The notes below the pieces were generated by a model. It saw only the letters and a program-made list of their open reading frames with translations, was not told the DNA's origin and ran no database searches. Of a DNA stretch of 64,000 nt, positions 45,775 to 56,816 are shown piece after piece. A program made the translations under genes and the position numbers. The number at the start of each line of letters is the position of its first letter. Position 1 is the first letter of the stretch. The stretch is from an uncultured Butyrivibrio sp. (GTDB lineage Bacteria; Bacillota; Clostridia; Lachnospirales; Lachnospiraceae): positions 14,409-78,408 of the forward strand of contig CAMVPU010000009.1 in the NCBI GenBank assembly GCA_947169445.1, written 5' to 3'.

Positions 45775-48102
45775 CTATTCTACTCCGCGCTTAAAGTGAC
45801 CTGTCGTATAATCGCAGCTATTTAGCTTAGCCAGATAATCGTCATTTCCATCCAGATAAGCTCCCAGTACGACCTCGCATTCTTTCTCATTTTCAACCGT
45901 AAAATCGATTCTAAAATGATCGAATGCTTCACTTGTTTTTATATTTTCAATTTTCTTGTGTAAAGAAGTAGGTGCAGCATTCCAAACAACGTTATAACAG
46001 TTCCTGCAATTAGTGGTAACAGGCAGATGATTCCCCATTCTGTCAACAAGTACCATTTTTTCACAGTAAAAGGTATTAAGCTTGCCGCTGCATTTATCAA
46101 GAGTTTTCTTTACACAGCCGGCGCTTACCATCATCGGAACCCGGCCATAAACATTGTAGGATAAGTCGCTATGAATGTTCTTATCCACAGCAAAAGAAAG
46201 TTCTTTTGCCTCATGGATTGTAAGTTCATAGGGGACGCAAAGCTCTGTTATCTGCAGATCAAGGTCAGAAATAAAGCCAGCCGCACCATGGTTCCATGCA
46301 TAAACTCCATAATCAGGGACCACTTTTCCCATAAAGCCAATTTCCTTCAAAAAGCCAAGCTGTTCTAAGTTCCTTACCAAAAGACCCGAAAAGCCCTTTT
46401 GCTTATAGCTATCTGCCGCTTTACTGATATCCTCTGTAGCATCAAAGCTTTCCTCCCTGCAGACATAGGGAAGCGCCACCAAAAATTCTATATGCTTCTG
46501 ATCTGCTGTTTCTGAAATTCTCTGTACAGAATCATCTGTCAAATTGAAAAACAGATTACTGTCAACATATACTCTTGAAAGCATGTCTTTTTTATCAATT
46601 GCTTTAAATACAGCCTTCAGCTGATCGGCTGTATTTACAAGGACATGGTAATCAGGGCATTTCCTGTTTTCAGCCTTATGCTTATCTAAATCAGTATCAG
46701 AAGTTACTCTATCCCTCAAGAAAGCACCTCTACTATCAGCACCAGCTTTGGCATAAGAATTCATAGATTGAGACAATGTTTTTTCTTTGAAGTTATCAAG
46801 AATCCTGTTTTCTACCTTTTCGACTAGTTCTCTTCTAAGCTCATTAAGCTCACTTACAGGAACAAAAATGCCATCTGCACTATCTTTTGCATCAATGTTT
46901 ACTATTATTTCTTCAGTTTCAAAAGAAGTATTACCAAGTCTTGCAAGCTGCTTTCTGACTGTATCTTCATCCATAGGCCTCTTTGAAGCAGCCTGAACTA
47001 CATTACCTTCAACATTTTCGACTATATCACCGGTATCAGAAGCAACTATCATAGTAAGCGAAAGAGGCCCACCAAGTTCAAGGTTACAGATTAGCTGGCA
47101 CTTTATCTTAAGATTTCTATCCAGGTACTTCTCTTTTACCTCTAAAAGAACTTTATCAGAGGTTCCATTATAAGCAGGCGAAGATATTGTAACCATTTCC
47201 CTACCGTTATGCTTGTGATAATATCCTTCACTTATGCCGGTTCTCTGGTACAAGCCCTTTAATATCTCAAAGTCTTCATCAGAAACCTTTATCTCTTTGG
47301 AAGGATCAGCATAATACATATCGATATACTTTCGATAAAGGGCTGTAACTCCTGCAGCATATTCAGGCTTTTTCATTCTGCCTTCGATCTTAAAAGAGTC
47401 TATCCCCGCCTTTATAAGTTCCGGAATAATGCCTATAGTACACATATCCTTAAGGCTAAGCGGATACTGTTCCTTATTCCCCTTTAGTCCTTCCATCTGA
47501 TATGGAAGCCTGCAAGGCTGAGCGCATCTTCCACGGTTGCCGCTTCTTCCGCCAACCATGCTGCTAAATAGGCAGGCTCCAGAATAACAATAGCACATAG
47601 CACCATGAATAAAGGCTTCAACCTCAACATCAGACTTTTCTCTGATTGCCTGCATTTCTGAAAGACTAAGCTCTCTAGCAGGGACAACTCTGCAGCAGCC
47701 AAAATCTTTCAAAAGTCTGGCACCGTAAACTCCTGTAACGGTCTGCTGTGTGCTGGCATGTAATTCTATATTAGGAAATTCATCCCTGATAAGGCGCATA
47801 ACGCCATAATCCTGAACAATCACACCATCCAGATTATTCTGCGCAAATGGCAGCATAAAATCATAGACCTGGCCATATTCTCTTTCCTTGACCAGGGTAT
47901 TGACCGTCATATATATTCTCTTACCATGAAGGTGCGCATATCTGATCGCATCCAGCACCTGCTGAGTATCAAAATTATCAGCATATGCCCTTGCTCCGAA
48001 CTTGCTTCCTCCAAGATAAACCGCATCTGCTCCGGCATTAAAGGCACCAACCATCGTTTCATAGCCGCCTGCCGGCGCTAATAATTCTACTTTTTTTTGC
48101 AT
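45775..48102 (-). CDS. U32-family Fe-S protein, long RlhA-like RNA hydroxylation type
   Basis: ELLAPAG, GADAVY, HASTQ, AMCYCYSGAC...RGRCAQPCR and KIEGRMK motifs; C-terminal TTGHFKRGVE. Confidence 0.88.
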   Translation of the reverse strand: MQKKVELLAPAGGYETMVGAFNAGADAVYLGGSKFGARAYADNFDTQQVLDAIRYAHLHGKRIYMTVNTLVKEREYGQVYDFMLPFAQNNLDGVIVQDYGVMRLIRDEFPNIELHASTQQTVTGVYGARLLKDFGCCRVVPARELSLSEMQAIREKSDVEVEAFIHGAMCYCYSGACLFSSMVGGRSGNRGRCAQPCRLPYQMEGLKGNKEQYPLSLKDMCTIGIIPELIKAGIDSFKIEGRMKKPEYAAGVTALYRKYIDMYYADPSKEIKVSDEDFEILKGLYQRTGISEGYYHKHNGREMVTISSPAYNGTSDKVLLEVKEKYLDRNLKIKCQLICNLELGGPLSLTMIVASDTGDIVENVEGNVVQAASKRPMDEDTVRKQLARLGNTSFETEEIIVNIDAKDSADGIFVPVSELNELRRELVEKVENRILDNFKEKTLSQSMNSYAKAGADSRGAFLRDRVTSDTDLDKHKAENRKCPDYHVLVNTADQLKAVFKAIDKKDMLSRVYVDSNLFFNLTDDSVQRISETADQKHIEFLVALPYVCREESFDATEDISKAADSYKQKGFSGLLVRNLEQLGFLKEIGFMGKVVPDYGVYAWNHGAAGFISDLDLQITELCVPYELTIHEAKELSFAVDKNIHSDLSYNVYGRVPMMVSAGCVKKTLDKCSGKLNTFYCEKMVLVDRMGNHLPVTTNCRNCYNVVWNAAPTSLHKKIENIKTSEAFDHFRIDFTVENEKECEVVLGAYLDGNDDYLAKLNSCDYTTGHFKRGVE

Positions 48103-48129
48103 ATTAAATCCTTATGTGATAAGCAGACA

Positions 48130-48155
48130 AAAAGGCTGTCCCAAAGGACAGCCCT
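48130..48155 (-). terminator. Intrinsic terminator after zapA
   Basis: GGCTGTCC-CAAA-GGACAGCC stem followed by a T-run on the minus strand. Confidence 0.7.
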
Positions 48156-48161
48156 AAAATC

Positions 48162-48575
48162 TTATTTCTTACTTCCTGTTCCCTTTACCTGAGTTTCAAG
48201 CTGGATAATCTTTTTAGATGAATCATCAAGCTTAGCCTGTAGATTCTTGCTGTTCTTCTCAGTGTTCTCAAGCTTGATCTGAGTAGCTATAAGCTCATGC
48301 TTAAGGTCATACAGTTCTTTTTCTTTTTCTGACAGCTGCTCCTCCATAAGCTCTATCTGCTTCTTGGATTTGAAATAATCGTCCGCGATATTCAGCTGCA
48401 AAAGAACATTCTGGGTATCGATAGGCTGACGCTTAAAGCCATCAATCTTGTTATACTCAGCTATCTTATTATTGATATAGGATGCTACCTTCTGAAGGTA
48501 CTCCTCACTTTCGTAACCACTTAAGGTAAATACCTTTCCCCCGATAATTACCTCTGTATCTGTCTTAGATGCCAT
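48162..48575 (-). CDS. zapA: Cell division protein ZapA
   Basis: EVIIGGKVFTLSG.ESEEYLQKVASYIN...LNIADDY followed by a coiled coil. Confidence 0.85.
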   Translation of the reverse strand: MASKTDTEVIIGGKVFTLSGYESEEYLQKVASYINNKIAEYNKIDGFKRQPIDTQNVLLQLNIADDYFKSKKQIELMEEQLSEKEKELYDLKHELIATQIKLENTEKNSKNLQAKLDDSSKKIIQLETQVKGTGSKK

Positions 48576-48648
48576 CTGAACTCCCCCGTATGCTATTATC
48601 TGCAGTTAAAAGACTGTAAATAATGTACCCACAAATCTATAAGTAAGA

Positions 48649-49680
48649 TTATATATCACCGCCTGCAGGCATTTCAAGCCCTAAATGCTGATAGCCTTTC
48701 TCTGTAACCACGCGGCCTCTGGGGGTTCTATTGATAAAGCCGTTCTTAATAAGATATGGTTCGTAAACATCCTCAATAGTTCCGGCATCCTCACTGATCG
48801 CTGCTGCAAGAGTATCAAGACCAACCGGACCGCCTGCAAACTTGCCAATCATGGTCAGAAGAATATTTCTGTCTGTGTGGTCAAGTCCCATCTTATCAAC
48901 ATCCATAAGATCAAGAGCCGTTACCGCTATCTCTTCTGTGATTTTGCCATCATACTTAACTTCTGCAAAATCCCTCACTCTTTTCAGTATTCTGTTAGCA
49001 AGTCTCGGAGTTCCTCTGCTTCTCTTTGCCATTTCTATGGCCCCCTTTTCATCCACTTCAACACCAAGTACCTTGGCAGACTGCATAATGATCTCGCACA
49101 ATTCATCAATATCATAGAATTCCATTCTGTGGATCATACCAAATCTGTCACGAAGAGGCGCGGATAACATTCCCGCTCTGGTGGTTGCACCAATAAGAGT
49201 AAAATGCGGCAGATCAAGTCTTATGGATCTGGCAGTCGGTCCCTTGCCAATCATAATATCAATAGCATAGTCCTCCATGGCAGGATAAAGAACTTCCTCC
49301 ACCTGCCTGTTAAGTCTGTGGATTTCGTCCACAAAAAGGACATCACCTTCCTGAAGATTATTTAGAATTGCTGCCATATCTCCCGGCTTTTCAATAGCCG
49401 GGCCACTGGTGATCTTGATATTAACTCCCATTTCTGCAGCAATAATACCGGCAAGTGTGGTCTTACCAAGTCCCGGAGGCCCATAAAAAAGAAGGTGATC
49501 CAAACAGTCTCCTCTTTTCTTGGCAGCCACTATATAAATCTTAAGGCTCTCCTTGATCTTCTTCTGGCCTATATAATTATCCAGCCTTTTGGGGCGAAGA
49601 GATCCCTCTATCTTGGAATCTTCCACATTCGCATTAGCATCTATTCCCCTAGCTGACGTATTAATCTTTCTCTTCTCCAT
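48649..49680 (-). CDS. ruvB: Holliday junction branch migration helicase RuvB
   Basis: [27 protein letters not shown] and RTPRGR motifs. Confidence 0.98.
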   Translation of the reverse strand: MEKRKINTSARGIDANANVEDSKIEGSLRPKRLDNYIGQKKIKESLKIYIVAAKKRGDCLDHLLFYGPPGLGKTTLAGIIAAEMGVNIKITSGPAIEKPGDMAAILNNLQEGDVLFVDEIHRLNRQVEEVLYPAMEDYAIDIMIGKGPTARSIRLDLPHFTLIGATTRAGMLSAPLRDRFGMIHRMEFYDIDELCEIIMQSAKVLGVEVDEKGAIEMAKRSRGTPRLANRILKRVRDFAEVKYDGKITEEIAVTALDLMDVDKMGLDHTDRNILLTMIGKFAGGPVGLDTLAAAISEDAGTIEDVYEPYLIKNGFINRTPRGRVVTEKGYQHLGLEMPAGGDI

Positions 49681-49728
49681 ATTCTCACTGCTCTCCGGTC
49701 ATATAAGAGTCTATTTCATCATAAATAA

Positions 49729-50352
49729 TCAAAACATTTCCTTTAGTGCAAGCTTCAGCAGTGCCTCAGTATCATCCCCTGCAGCCGGATTAGCCGCAAG
49801 AACTTTACGAACTGCCTTCATGGAATCCGTGGAATTATATCCAAGGGCAACAAGAGCTGCCACAGCTTCATCCCTTGCAGGATTGACGCCTTCACTAACA
49901 CCAGCAGAAGAAATGGGCGCTACTGAACCTCCAAGCATATCATCTTCAGATAACTTCACCTTATCTCTAAGTTCCAAAGTAATGCGCTCAGCAGTCTTCT
50001 TGCCGATCCCCGGGGCAGCTGAAATAGACTTGCTGTCACCTGCCATTATTGCAAATCTAAGGTCATCCGGAGTCATAACAGATAAAATAGATAATCCGCC
50101 TTTCGGGCCAATACCACTTACCGTAATCAGCATCTTAAAAAGATTAAGCTCGTCCCTTGATAAAAAGCCGAACAAAGAAAATGTATCTTCCTTAACATTG
50201 GTATAAGTATAGAGCTTCACCGCCTCACCAATTCCGGGCATTCTATCCATGGTAGAGCCGGATATATTAACATTATAGCCAATGCCATTTACATCAATTA
50301 CTGCATTCCCCTCTTCAATACTCTCAAGTATTCCATTTACATATGCTATCAA
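49729..50352 (-). CDS. ruvA: Holliday junction branch migration protein RuvA
   Basis: GIGY, VSGIGPK, PGIGKKTAERI and ALVALGY motifs; TTG start. Confidence 0.96.
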   Translation of the reverse strand: MIAYVNGILESIEEGNAVIDVNGIGYNVNISGSTMDRMPGIGEAVKLYTYTNVKEDTFSLFGFLSRDELNLFKMLITVSGIGPKGGLSILSVMTPDDLRFAIMAGDSKSISAAPGIGKKTAERITLELRDKVKLSEDDMLGGSVAPISSAGVSEGVNPARDEAVAALVALGYNSTDSMKAVRKVLAANPAAGDDTEALLKLALKEMF

Positions 50353-50391
50353 AACAAATCCCCACCTGTCCTACTTTTTTATAACATAACT

Positions 50392-50413
50392 ATTCTACCA
50401 CAAACATTTGTTC
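50392..50413 (-). promoter_or_regulatory. ruvA promoter with a LexA box
   Basis: AAAC-ATTT-GTTC at 50402-50413, just upstream of an extended -10 TGGTAGAAT. Confidence 0.7.
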
Positions 50414-50423
50414 AGTAAAAGAC

Positions 50424-50470
50424 AAAAAATAAGCTGCACATGCTCCTGTAAAGGAACACGTACAGCTTAT
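50424..50470 (-). terminator. Intrinsic terminator after ilvE
   Basis: Minus strand ATAAGCTGTACGTGTTCCT-TTAC-AGGAGCATGTGCAGCTTAT followed by a T-run. Confidence 0.75.
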
Positions 50471-50484
50471 AATAGTCTTTTTAT

Positions 50485-51516
50485 TTATTCAATTACATGA
50501 ATCCAGCCATCCGGTGCTTCAACAGTACCCATCTGAATACCTGTGAGAGTATCATAGAGCTTCTGAATAACAGGACCCATCTGATCCATGCCGCTGGCGA
50601 AGCAGATTTCCTTGCCATGGTCATTTATCTTGCCGACAGGACTGATTACAGCAGCAGTTCCGCAAAGACCCATTTCTACAAAATCAGGAACCTCTGAGAG
50701 CTTAACAGGTCTCTCTTCTACATTGAGACCAAGAATCTCTTTTGCTACATATACAATTGACCTTCTGGTGATGGAAGGAAGAATGGAATCTGTATGTGAC
50801 TGTGGTACTACTAAACCGCCATCCTTGGTAACAAAGATAATATTTGCTCCGCCGGTCTCCTCGATATATGTGCGGCTCTCTGCATCAAGATAAATATTTT
50901 CTGCAAATCCCTCTTCATGAGCAGTAACTATAGCATGAAGGCTCATAGCGTAGTTAAGTCCAGCCTTGATATTTCCTGTTCCGTGTGGTGCTGCTCTGTC
51001 AAAATCAGAAATCTTAACAACGATAGGCTTAGCACCGCCCTTGAAATATGGGCCAACCGGAGTTACGAAAATTCTGAACTGATACTCATCAGCAGGCTTA
51101 ACTCCAATTACATTTCCTGTAGCAAACATTACAGGTCTGATGTATAAAGTAGCACCACTTCCATATGGTGGAACCCAGTCTTTGTTAGCAGCTACAACTT
51201 CTTCAACTGCCTTTATAAATCTATCCACAGGGAACGCCGGCATCTCAAGCCTCTTAGCAGAGTCAACCATTCTCTTTGCGTTGAGGTCAGGTCTGAAAGT
51301 AACAATCTTTCCATCCTCTGTCTCATATGCCTTAAGTCCTTCGAAGCATTCCTGCGCATAGTGAAGTACGCCTGCATCCTCACTGATAGTGAGCATAGGA
51401 TTCTCTGTAAGAGTACCTTCGTCCCACTTACCATCCTTATAGTTGGAGACATATCTCTTATCAGCAACCATATAACTAAAACCAATATTCGCCCAGTCTA
51501 AATTCTTTTTGCTCAT
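50485..51516 (-). CDS. ilvE: Branched-chain amino acid aminotransferase
   Basis: LHYAQECFEGLKAY, LYIRP, KAGLNY, EETGGAN, ILPSITR and GTAAVISP motifs. Confidence 0.95.
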   Translation of the reverse strand: MSKKNLDWANIGFSYMVADKRYVSNYKDGKWDEGTLTENPMLTISEDAGVLHYAQECFEGLKAYETEDGKIVTFRPDLNAKRMVDSAKRLEMPAFPVDRFIKAVEEVVAANKDWVPPYGSGATLYIRPVMFATGNVIGVKPADEYQFRIFVTPVGPYFKGGAKPIVVKISDFDRAAPHGTGNIKAGLNYAMSLHAIVTAHEEGFAENIYLDAESRTYIEETGGANIIFVTKDGGLVVPQSHTDSILPSITRRSIVYVAKEILGLNVEERPVKLSEVPDFVEMGLCGTAAVISPVGKINDHGKEICFASGMDQMGPVIQKLYDTLTGIQMGTVEAPDGWIHVIE

Positions 51517-51627
51517 TTTCTAATCCCCTTCCAAATCTTTATATGCAGTCGCAGCAATGCGCTTTAACACGTTGACGCGCTAACATTTTTCATTTAATTA
51601 TAAACCTATATCCGCAATCGTCAAGAA

Positions 51628-52980
51628 TTATTTCTTTTTTCTCAAATCAAAATGAAACATTTTCTTAAGTGCTGACTGATTCTTGGTAGCATTATGTTTG
51701 GTATTGGCCTTATCACTAAGTGACTTAAATTCGCCATTTTCTATGTACGCAAGATCTTCATAGGCTGTAGTATCAGTACTAAGATTTTTCTTAGCCAGAA
51801 GGATATTGGTAATCCTGGAAACAAGTGCATAGAACACAGCAAATATCGGAACTCCGATAAGCCATCCAACAACTCCCCATAAACCTCCAAAAAGAGTGAT
51901 GGAAAAGATAACCCAAAAGCTTGAAAGTCCCGTGGAATTTCCCAAAATTGTCGGTCCTAAAATATTTCCGTCAAACTGCTGAAGAATAATTACAAATATA
52001 AGGAAAACCAGCGCTTTTACAGGATCAATGAGAACAAGGATAAGACCTCCTATTCCGCCTCCAATGTAGGGACCAAAGAAAGGAATAATGTTAGTCACAC
52101 CTACAATCACAGAAATCAGCACCGGATAAGGAATCGCCATTATCTTGCAGCCTATATAGCAGATAAGACCAATAATAAGCGAATCCAAAAGCTTACCACC
52201 AATAAATCCCTGAAATGTGTAATTCACATAACGGAATCCGCTTATGAGTTCATTGGCTGTCTGCTCCTTAAATATCGCAAAGAGCATTTTCTTTCCCTTT
52301 GTGGTAAAGCTCTCTTTTGAATTAAGGACATACATAGCCACAATGAAGCCTACGATCAAATCGAATAAAACGCCAATAACAGAAAAGATACTCTGTGAGG
52401 CAAATTTAAAAATCGTATTGGCATTACTAGGTAAAAGAGGCAAAAGCTTTTTGGTCACATAGCTACTAAGAGTTGCATAATAAGAATCCAACTGGGAATC
52501 AATAATCTGCTGCAATTCAGGATTGTTAGCCAAAAATAGATTGGAATACTCATCTATATTTCTGATATAGGTAGGCAGATTTGATGCAATCTCTCTGATA
52601 CTGCTAACCAGCTGAGGAATAATGACTCTGAACAGACTGTAAGCCAATACCGTAAAAATGACCATAGTTGTAAAGAGTGATATTTTTCTCATCTGGGATC
52701 TTTTCTTTTTATCACCTGATGGAGAAAGAGATACATCGATTCCTTTTTTCTTATAGATAGGAAACAGAATCCTATGTTCAATTCCTTCCATCAACGGAAT
52801 AAGAATATAAGCCAGAACAATTCCAATAATAATTCCAGACAACGAATCAACTACGTTTGAGAAATTCGTTAATAGTTTTCGTCCATCAAATATCACATAA
52901 TATGCAAGCATCAGACATACACACAGAACAAATACTGTTATAGCCCATGTTACCTGATTTTTTTCCGGCTTCATTTTCAT
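51628..52980 (-). CDS. AI-2E family (PerM-like) transporter
   Basis: LAYILIP, NIIPFFGP and QQFDGNILGP motifs; multiple TMs. Confidence 0.9.
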   Translation of the reverse strand: MKMKPEKNQVTWAITVFVLCVCLMLAYYVIFDGRKLLTNFSNVVDSLSGIIIGIVLAYILIPLMEGIEHRILFPIYKKKGIDVSLSPSGDKKKRSQMRKISLFTTMVIFTVLAYSLFRVIIPQLVSSIREIASNLPTYIRNIDEYSNLFLANNPELQQIIDSQLDSYYATLSSYVTKKLLPLLPSNANTIFKFASQSIFSVIGVLFDLIVGFIVAMYVLNSKESFTTKGKKMLFAIFKEQTANELISGFRYVNYTFQGFIGGKLLDSLIIGLICYIGCKIMAIPYPVLISVIVGVTNIIPFFGPYIGGGIGGLILVLIDPVKALVFLIFVIILQQFDGNILGPTILGNSTGLSSFWVIFSITLFGGLWGVVGWLIGVPIFAVFYALVSRITNILLAKKNLSTDTTAYEDLAYIENGEFKSLSDKANTKHNATKNQSALKKMFHFDLRKKK

Positions 52981-53024
52981 ACTCTTTTACCCCAACCCGA
53001 ATTAGTGTCCCTCAATAAAAAAAC

Positions 53025-53846
53025 TTACTGTCCAAGCATACCTTCAAGAATATATACAAGGCTGTCCATATACTCATTTTCGATATCTTCAGCTTTGCCT
53101 GCATCGCAAAGTCCTGCCATCTTAGGATCAAGAGGTATTCTTCCAAGAACGTCAAACCCCTTGGAAGCTGCATATTTTTCAATTTTGCTCTCGCCAAAGA
53201 TATTAATTGGCTCGCCGCAATGAGGGCAGGTCATATAGCTCATATTCTCAACAATTCCAAGCACAGGAATATTCATCATATTTGCCATATTAACAGCCTT
53301 CTCAACAATCATCTCAACCAGTTCCTGCGGTGTAGCTACAACGATAATTCCATCAACAGGAAGTGACTGGAAAACTGTAAGAGGAACGTCACCTGTTCCT
53401 GGGGGCATATCTACAAACATAAAGTCCACATCTCCCCAGTTAACATCAGACCAGAACTGTTTAACAATTCCTGCAATAACCGGTCCTCTCCAGATAACAG
53501 GATCTGTTTCATTATCCATCAGCATATTAAGAGACATGATCTTAATTCCGCCCTCAGTGGTTGCAGGCAAAAGACCTGTTTCATCTGCATAATTAGCCTT
53601 TCCTATGCCAAACATCTTTGGAATTGAAGGGCCAGTGATATCGGCATCCATAATTGCAGTCTTATAGCCCTTCTTATTAACTGCAGTAGCAGAAAGACCT
53701 GTAACAAGACTCTTTCCTACTCCGCCCTTACCGCTTACGATTCCAATTACCTTTTTTACGTGTGTATGTTCTCCTGGAGAAACCTTAAAGTTTTCCTCCA
53801 TCTGCTTTTTAAAGTCCTCCGGCTTTTTGCCATGTCCATTTGCCAT
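53025..53846 (-). CDS. Mrp/NBP35 (ApbC) Fe-S cluster carrier ATPase
   Basis: SGKGGVGKS, DADITGPS, WRGP, DMPPGTGD and ENMS..CPHC motifs. Confidence 0.93.
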   Translation of the reverse strand: MANGHGKKPEDFKKQMEENFKVSPGEHTHVKKVIGIVSGKGGVGKSLVTGLSATAVNKKGYKTAIMDADITGPSIPKMFGIGKANYADETGLLPATTEGGIKIMSLNMLMDNETDPVIWRGPVIAGIVKQFWSDVNWGDVDFMFVDMPPGTGDVPLTVFQSLPVDGIIVVATPQELVEMIVEKAVNMANMMNIPVLGIVENMSYMTCPHCGEPINIFGESKIEKYAASKGFDVLGRIPLDPKMAGLCDAGKAEDIENEYMDSLVYILEGMLGQ

Positions 53847-53938
53847 TACTAAAAATCTCCTATAATTTCATTTATTTATCTAAATGCCTGTCGGCATCTA
53901 TATCACTAAAAAACTGACCCACACAAATAATTATATAT

Positions 53939-54922
53939 TTACCTATGCGTGTGCTTATCAAATATGCCTTTATCCTTAGCGTCAGCCAAATAATTCTCAA
54001 TTATGAATCTGGGCCTGTTCTTGGTCTCCAAATATATTTTTCCGATATATTCGCCAATAACTCCAAGCGAGATCATAATAAGTCCGCCAATCGCCCATAC
54101 AGAAAGAACTGTTGTAGTCCAACCGGGAATAGTATGGCCGGTATAGTGTCTCACCAAACTATAGATTAAAACCACAATACTCACAAAAAAGATAAAAAAG
54201 CCAAGGCTTGTGATCATCTTTATGGGCTTAGTGCTAAGGCTTGTAATACCCTGAACCGCAAAACTCAGCATCTTGCCAAGAGGGTATTTGCTTTCTCCGG
54301 CAAAGCGCTCAGCTCTTTCATAATATACCACTTCGGATTTATAACCAATCATGGGAACAATTCCTCTAAGGAAAAGATTCACTTCTCCAAACTGCGAAAG
54401 ATCCATAAGCGCACGTCTGCTCATAAGTCTGTAATCCGCATGATTATAAACCGTTTTAGCGCCTAGATAATCCATAAGTTTATAAAAGTTCTCCGCTGTA
54501 ACACGTTTAAAAAAAGTGTCTGTAGCTCTTTTAGAGCGGACACCATATACGATATCCGCTCCATCAATAAACTTATCAATCATTTCATCAATGGCATTTA
54601 TGTCATCCTGAAGATCTGCATCCATAGATATTGCGACATCACACATATCCTTGGCAGTCATAAGGCCTGCCAGAAGAGCATTTTGATGTCCCATATTTTT
54701 AGATAGGTTTATCCCCTGAAAAAGAGGATTTTCCTCGTGAAGCTTCTGAATAATTTCCCAGGTAGAATCCCTGGAACCATCATTAACAAAAACAACTCTG
54801 CTGTCTTCCGAAATCTTACCCTTAACGATCAGTGACTCCATCTTCTGCCGTAGTCTCTCTGATGTTTCAGGTAAAACCTCCTGCTCATTGTAGCAGGGAA
54901 TCACGCAGAATAACCTGTTCAT
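53939..54922 (-). CDS. GT2 polyprenol-phosphate glycosyltransferase, GtrB/CsbB-like
   Basis: IPCYNEQE, VNDGSRD, MDADLQD, ADYRLMSR and AGESKY motifs; two C-terminal TMs with GEYIGKIY.E.K.RP. Confidence 0.92.
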   Translation of the reverse strand: MNRLFCVIPCYNEQEVLPETSERLRQKMESLIVKGKISEDSRVVFVNDGSRDSTWEIIQKLHEENPLFQGINLSKNMGHQNALLAGLMTAKDMCDVAISMDADLQDDINAIDEMIDKFIDGADIVYGVRSKRATDTFFKRVTAENFYKLMDYLGAKTVYNHADYRLMSRRALMDLSQFGEVNLFLRGIVPMIGYKSEVVYYERAERFAGESKYPLGKMLSFAVQGITSLSTKPIKMITSLGFFIFFVSIVVLIYSLVRHYTGHTIPGWTTTVLSVWAIGGLIMISLGVIGEYIGKIYLETKNRPRFIIENYLADAKDKGIFDKHTHR

Positions 54923-54952
54923 TAAAAACATGCCTCCAACAATAATAAAAAA

Positions 54953-55444
54953 TCATTCATTAGAATTAATATAATTGATTAACCCTTCAGAATCAATTAT
55001 CTTCTGCATAAATGGAGGAAAAGCCTGTCCCTGAAATTTCTTCCCGAGAGTCTCATCAGTAATGATACCTGTATCAAAATCGATACTTACTGTATCACCT
55101 GCTTTAATTGCATCAGCAGCCTCTTCACATTCAATAATAGGTAAACCAATATTTATACTATTTCTATAAAAAATTCTGGCAAAACTCTTAGCTATAACGC
55201 AGCTAACGCCGGATGCCTTAATAGCTATAGGCGCATGCTCGCGTGATGAACCGCAGCCAAAATTCTTATCTGCAACTATGATATCACCTTCGCAGACTTT
55301 TGTGGCAAAATCCTTATCAATATCTTCCATGCAATGCTTTGCCAGTTCTTTAGCATCTGTACTATTAAGATATCTGGCAGGAATTATTACATCTGTATCT
55401 ACATTATCTCCATATCTGAAAACGCGTCCCTTAGCAGCTTTCAT
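54953..55444 (-). CDS. leuD: 3-isopropylmalate dehydratase small subunit
   Basis: [21 protein letters not shown] and FARIFYRN motifs. ATG 55444 after GGAGG. Confidence 0.93.
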   Translation of the reverse strand: MKAAKGRVFRYGDNVDTDVIIPARYLNSTDAKELAKHCMEDIDKDFATKVCEGDIIVADKNFGCGSSREHAPIAIKASGVSCVIAKSFARIFYRNSINIGLPIIECEEAADAIKAGDTVSIDFDTGIITDETLGKKFQGQAFPPFMQKIIDSEGLINYINSNE

Positions 55445-55460
55445 GTCTTTTCCTCCTATA

Positions 55461-56732
55461 TTAAAGTCCAATTTCTGATGGCTGTGAAAGTTTACCAGTA
55501 ACAGCACTTGCAGCAGCTACAGCAGGTGAAGCAAGGTAAATCTCGGAATCTATAGCTCCCATTCTTCCAACAAAGTTTCTGTTAGTAGTAGAAACACATC
55601 TTTCCTTGGAAGCAAGGACTCCCATATAGCCACCAAGACATGGACCACAGGTAGGAGTTGAAACTATTGCTCCGGCTTCAATAAAGTTTTTAATAAGTCC
55701 TTCCTCCATAGCCTGAAGATAAATATTCTGCGTAGCAGGAATAATGATACATCTGATACCTTCTGCCACATGACGTCCCTTCAAAACTTCAGCCGCGCAT
55801 CTAAGGTCATCAATTCTTCCGTTTGTGCAGGAACCAATAACCACCTGATCAATCTTGACATCATCTATCTCATCAAAGGTATGAGTGTTTTCCGGCAGAT
55901 GAGGGAAAGCCACGGTAGATTTCAAGGTGCTAAGATCAATTGTATATTCAGCGTCATATTCCGCATCAGGGTCAGATTCATAAACAACATATTTTTTATC
56001 AGGTGCATGTTCTTTCATATATTCAATAGCTAGTTCATCAACTGGGAAAATACCATTCTTTCCGCCAGCTTCTATTGCCATGTTTGCTATTGTAAACCTG
56101 TCATCCATAGAAAGGTTCTTAATGCCTTCGCCCACAAATTCCATGGACTTATAAAGAGCTCCATCTACACCTATCAATCCAATAATGTGAAGAATAACAT
56201 CCTTACCACTTACCCACTTTGAAGGTTTTCCTACAATATTGAACTTAATGGCTGAAGGCACCTTAAACCAGGCTTTGCCTGTTGCCATTCCGGCAGCCAT
56301 ATCAGTAGAGCCGATTCCTGTAGAAAAAGCTCCCAGGGCACCATAAGTGCAGGTATGAGAATCCGCACCGATAATGAGATCTCCAGCCACAGTAAGTCCC
56401 TGCTCAGGTAAAAGAGCATGCTCAATTCCCATTTTGCCAACTTCAAAATAATTGGTGATCTTATTCTTAATCGCAAATTCCCTTACGCATTTGCAATTCT
56501 CAGCTGACTTGATATCCTTGTTAGGCACAAAGTGGTCAGGCACAAGTGCAATCTTGTCCTTATCAAACACTCCGTCTTTATTAAATTTCTTTAGTTCATT
56601 GATTGCTACAGGACTGGTAATGTCATTTCCCAAAACCAGATCAAGATTTGCTTCTATAAGCTGTCCCGCCTGTACCTCGGGAAGTCCAGCATGGGCTGCC
56701 AGTATTTTTTGGCTCATGGTCATTTTGCTCAT
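55461..56732 (-). CDS. leuC: 3-isopropylmalate dehydratase large subunit
   Basis: DSHTCT, GSCTNGR, CGPCLG and STTNRNF motifs. Confidence 0.93.
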   Translation of the reverse strand: MSKMTMSQKILAAHAGLPEVQAGQLIEANLDLVLGNDITSPVAINELKKFNKDGVFDKDKIALVPDHFVPNKDIKSAENCKCVREFAIKNKITNYFEVGKMGIEHALLPEQGLTVAGDLIIGADSHTCTYGALGAFSTGIGSTDMAAGMATGKAWFKVPSAIKFNIVGKPSKWVSGKDVILHIIGLIGVDGALYKSMEFVGEGIKNLSMDDRFTIANMAIEAGGKNGIFPVDELAIEYMKEHAPDKKYVVYESDPDAEYDAEYTIDLSTLKSTVAFPHLPENTHTFDEIDDVKIDQVVIGSCTNGRIDDLRCAAEVLKGRHVAEGIRCIIIPATQNIYLQAMEEGLIKNFIEAGAIVSTPTCGPCLGGYMGVLASKERCVSTTNRNFVGRMGAIDSEIYLASPAVAAASAVTGKLSQPSEIGL

Positions 56733-56816
56733 ACGATTTATCTCCTCACCTTATTTTTAATCAAAAACATAATACAAAATATAACATACAAGACAACTTA
56801 AAAGAACATAACAAAT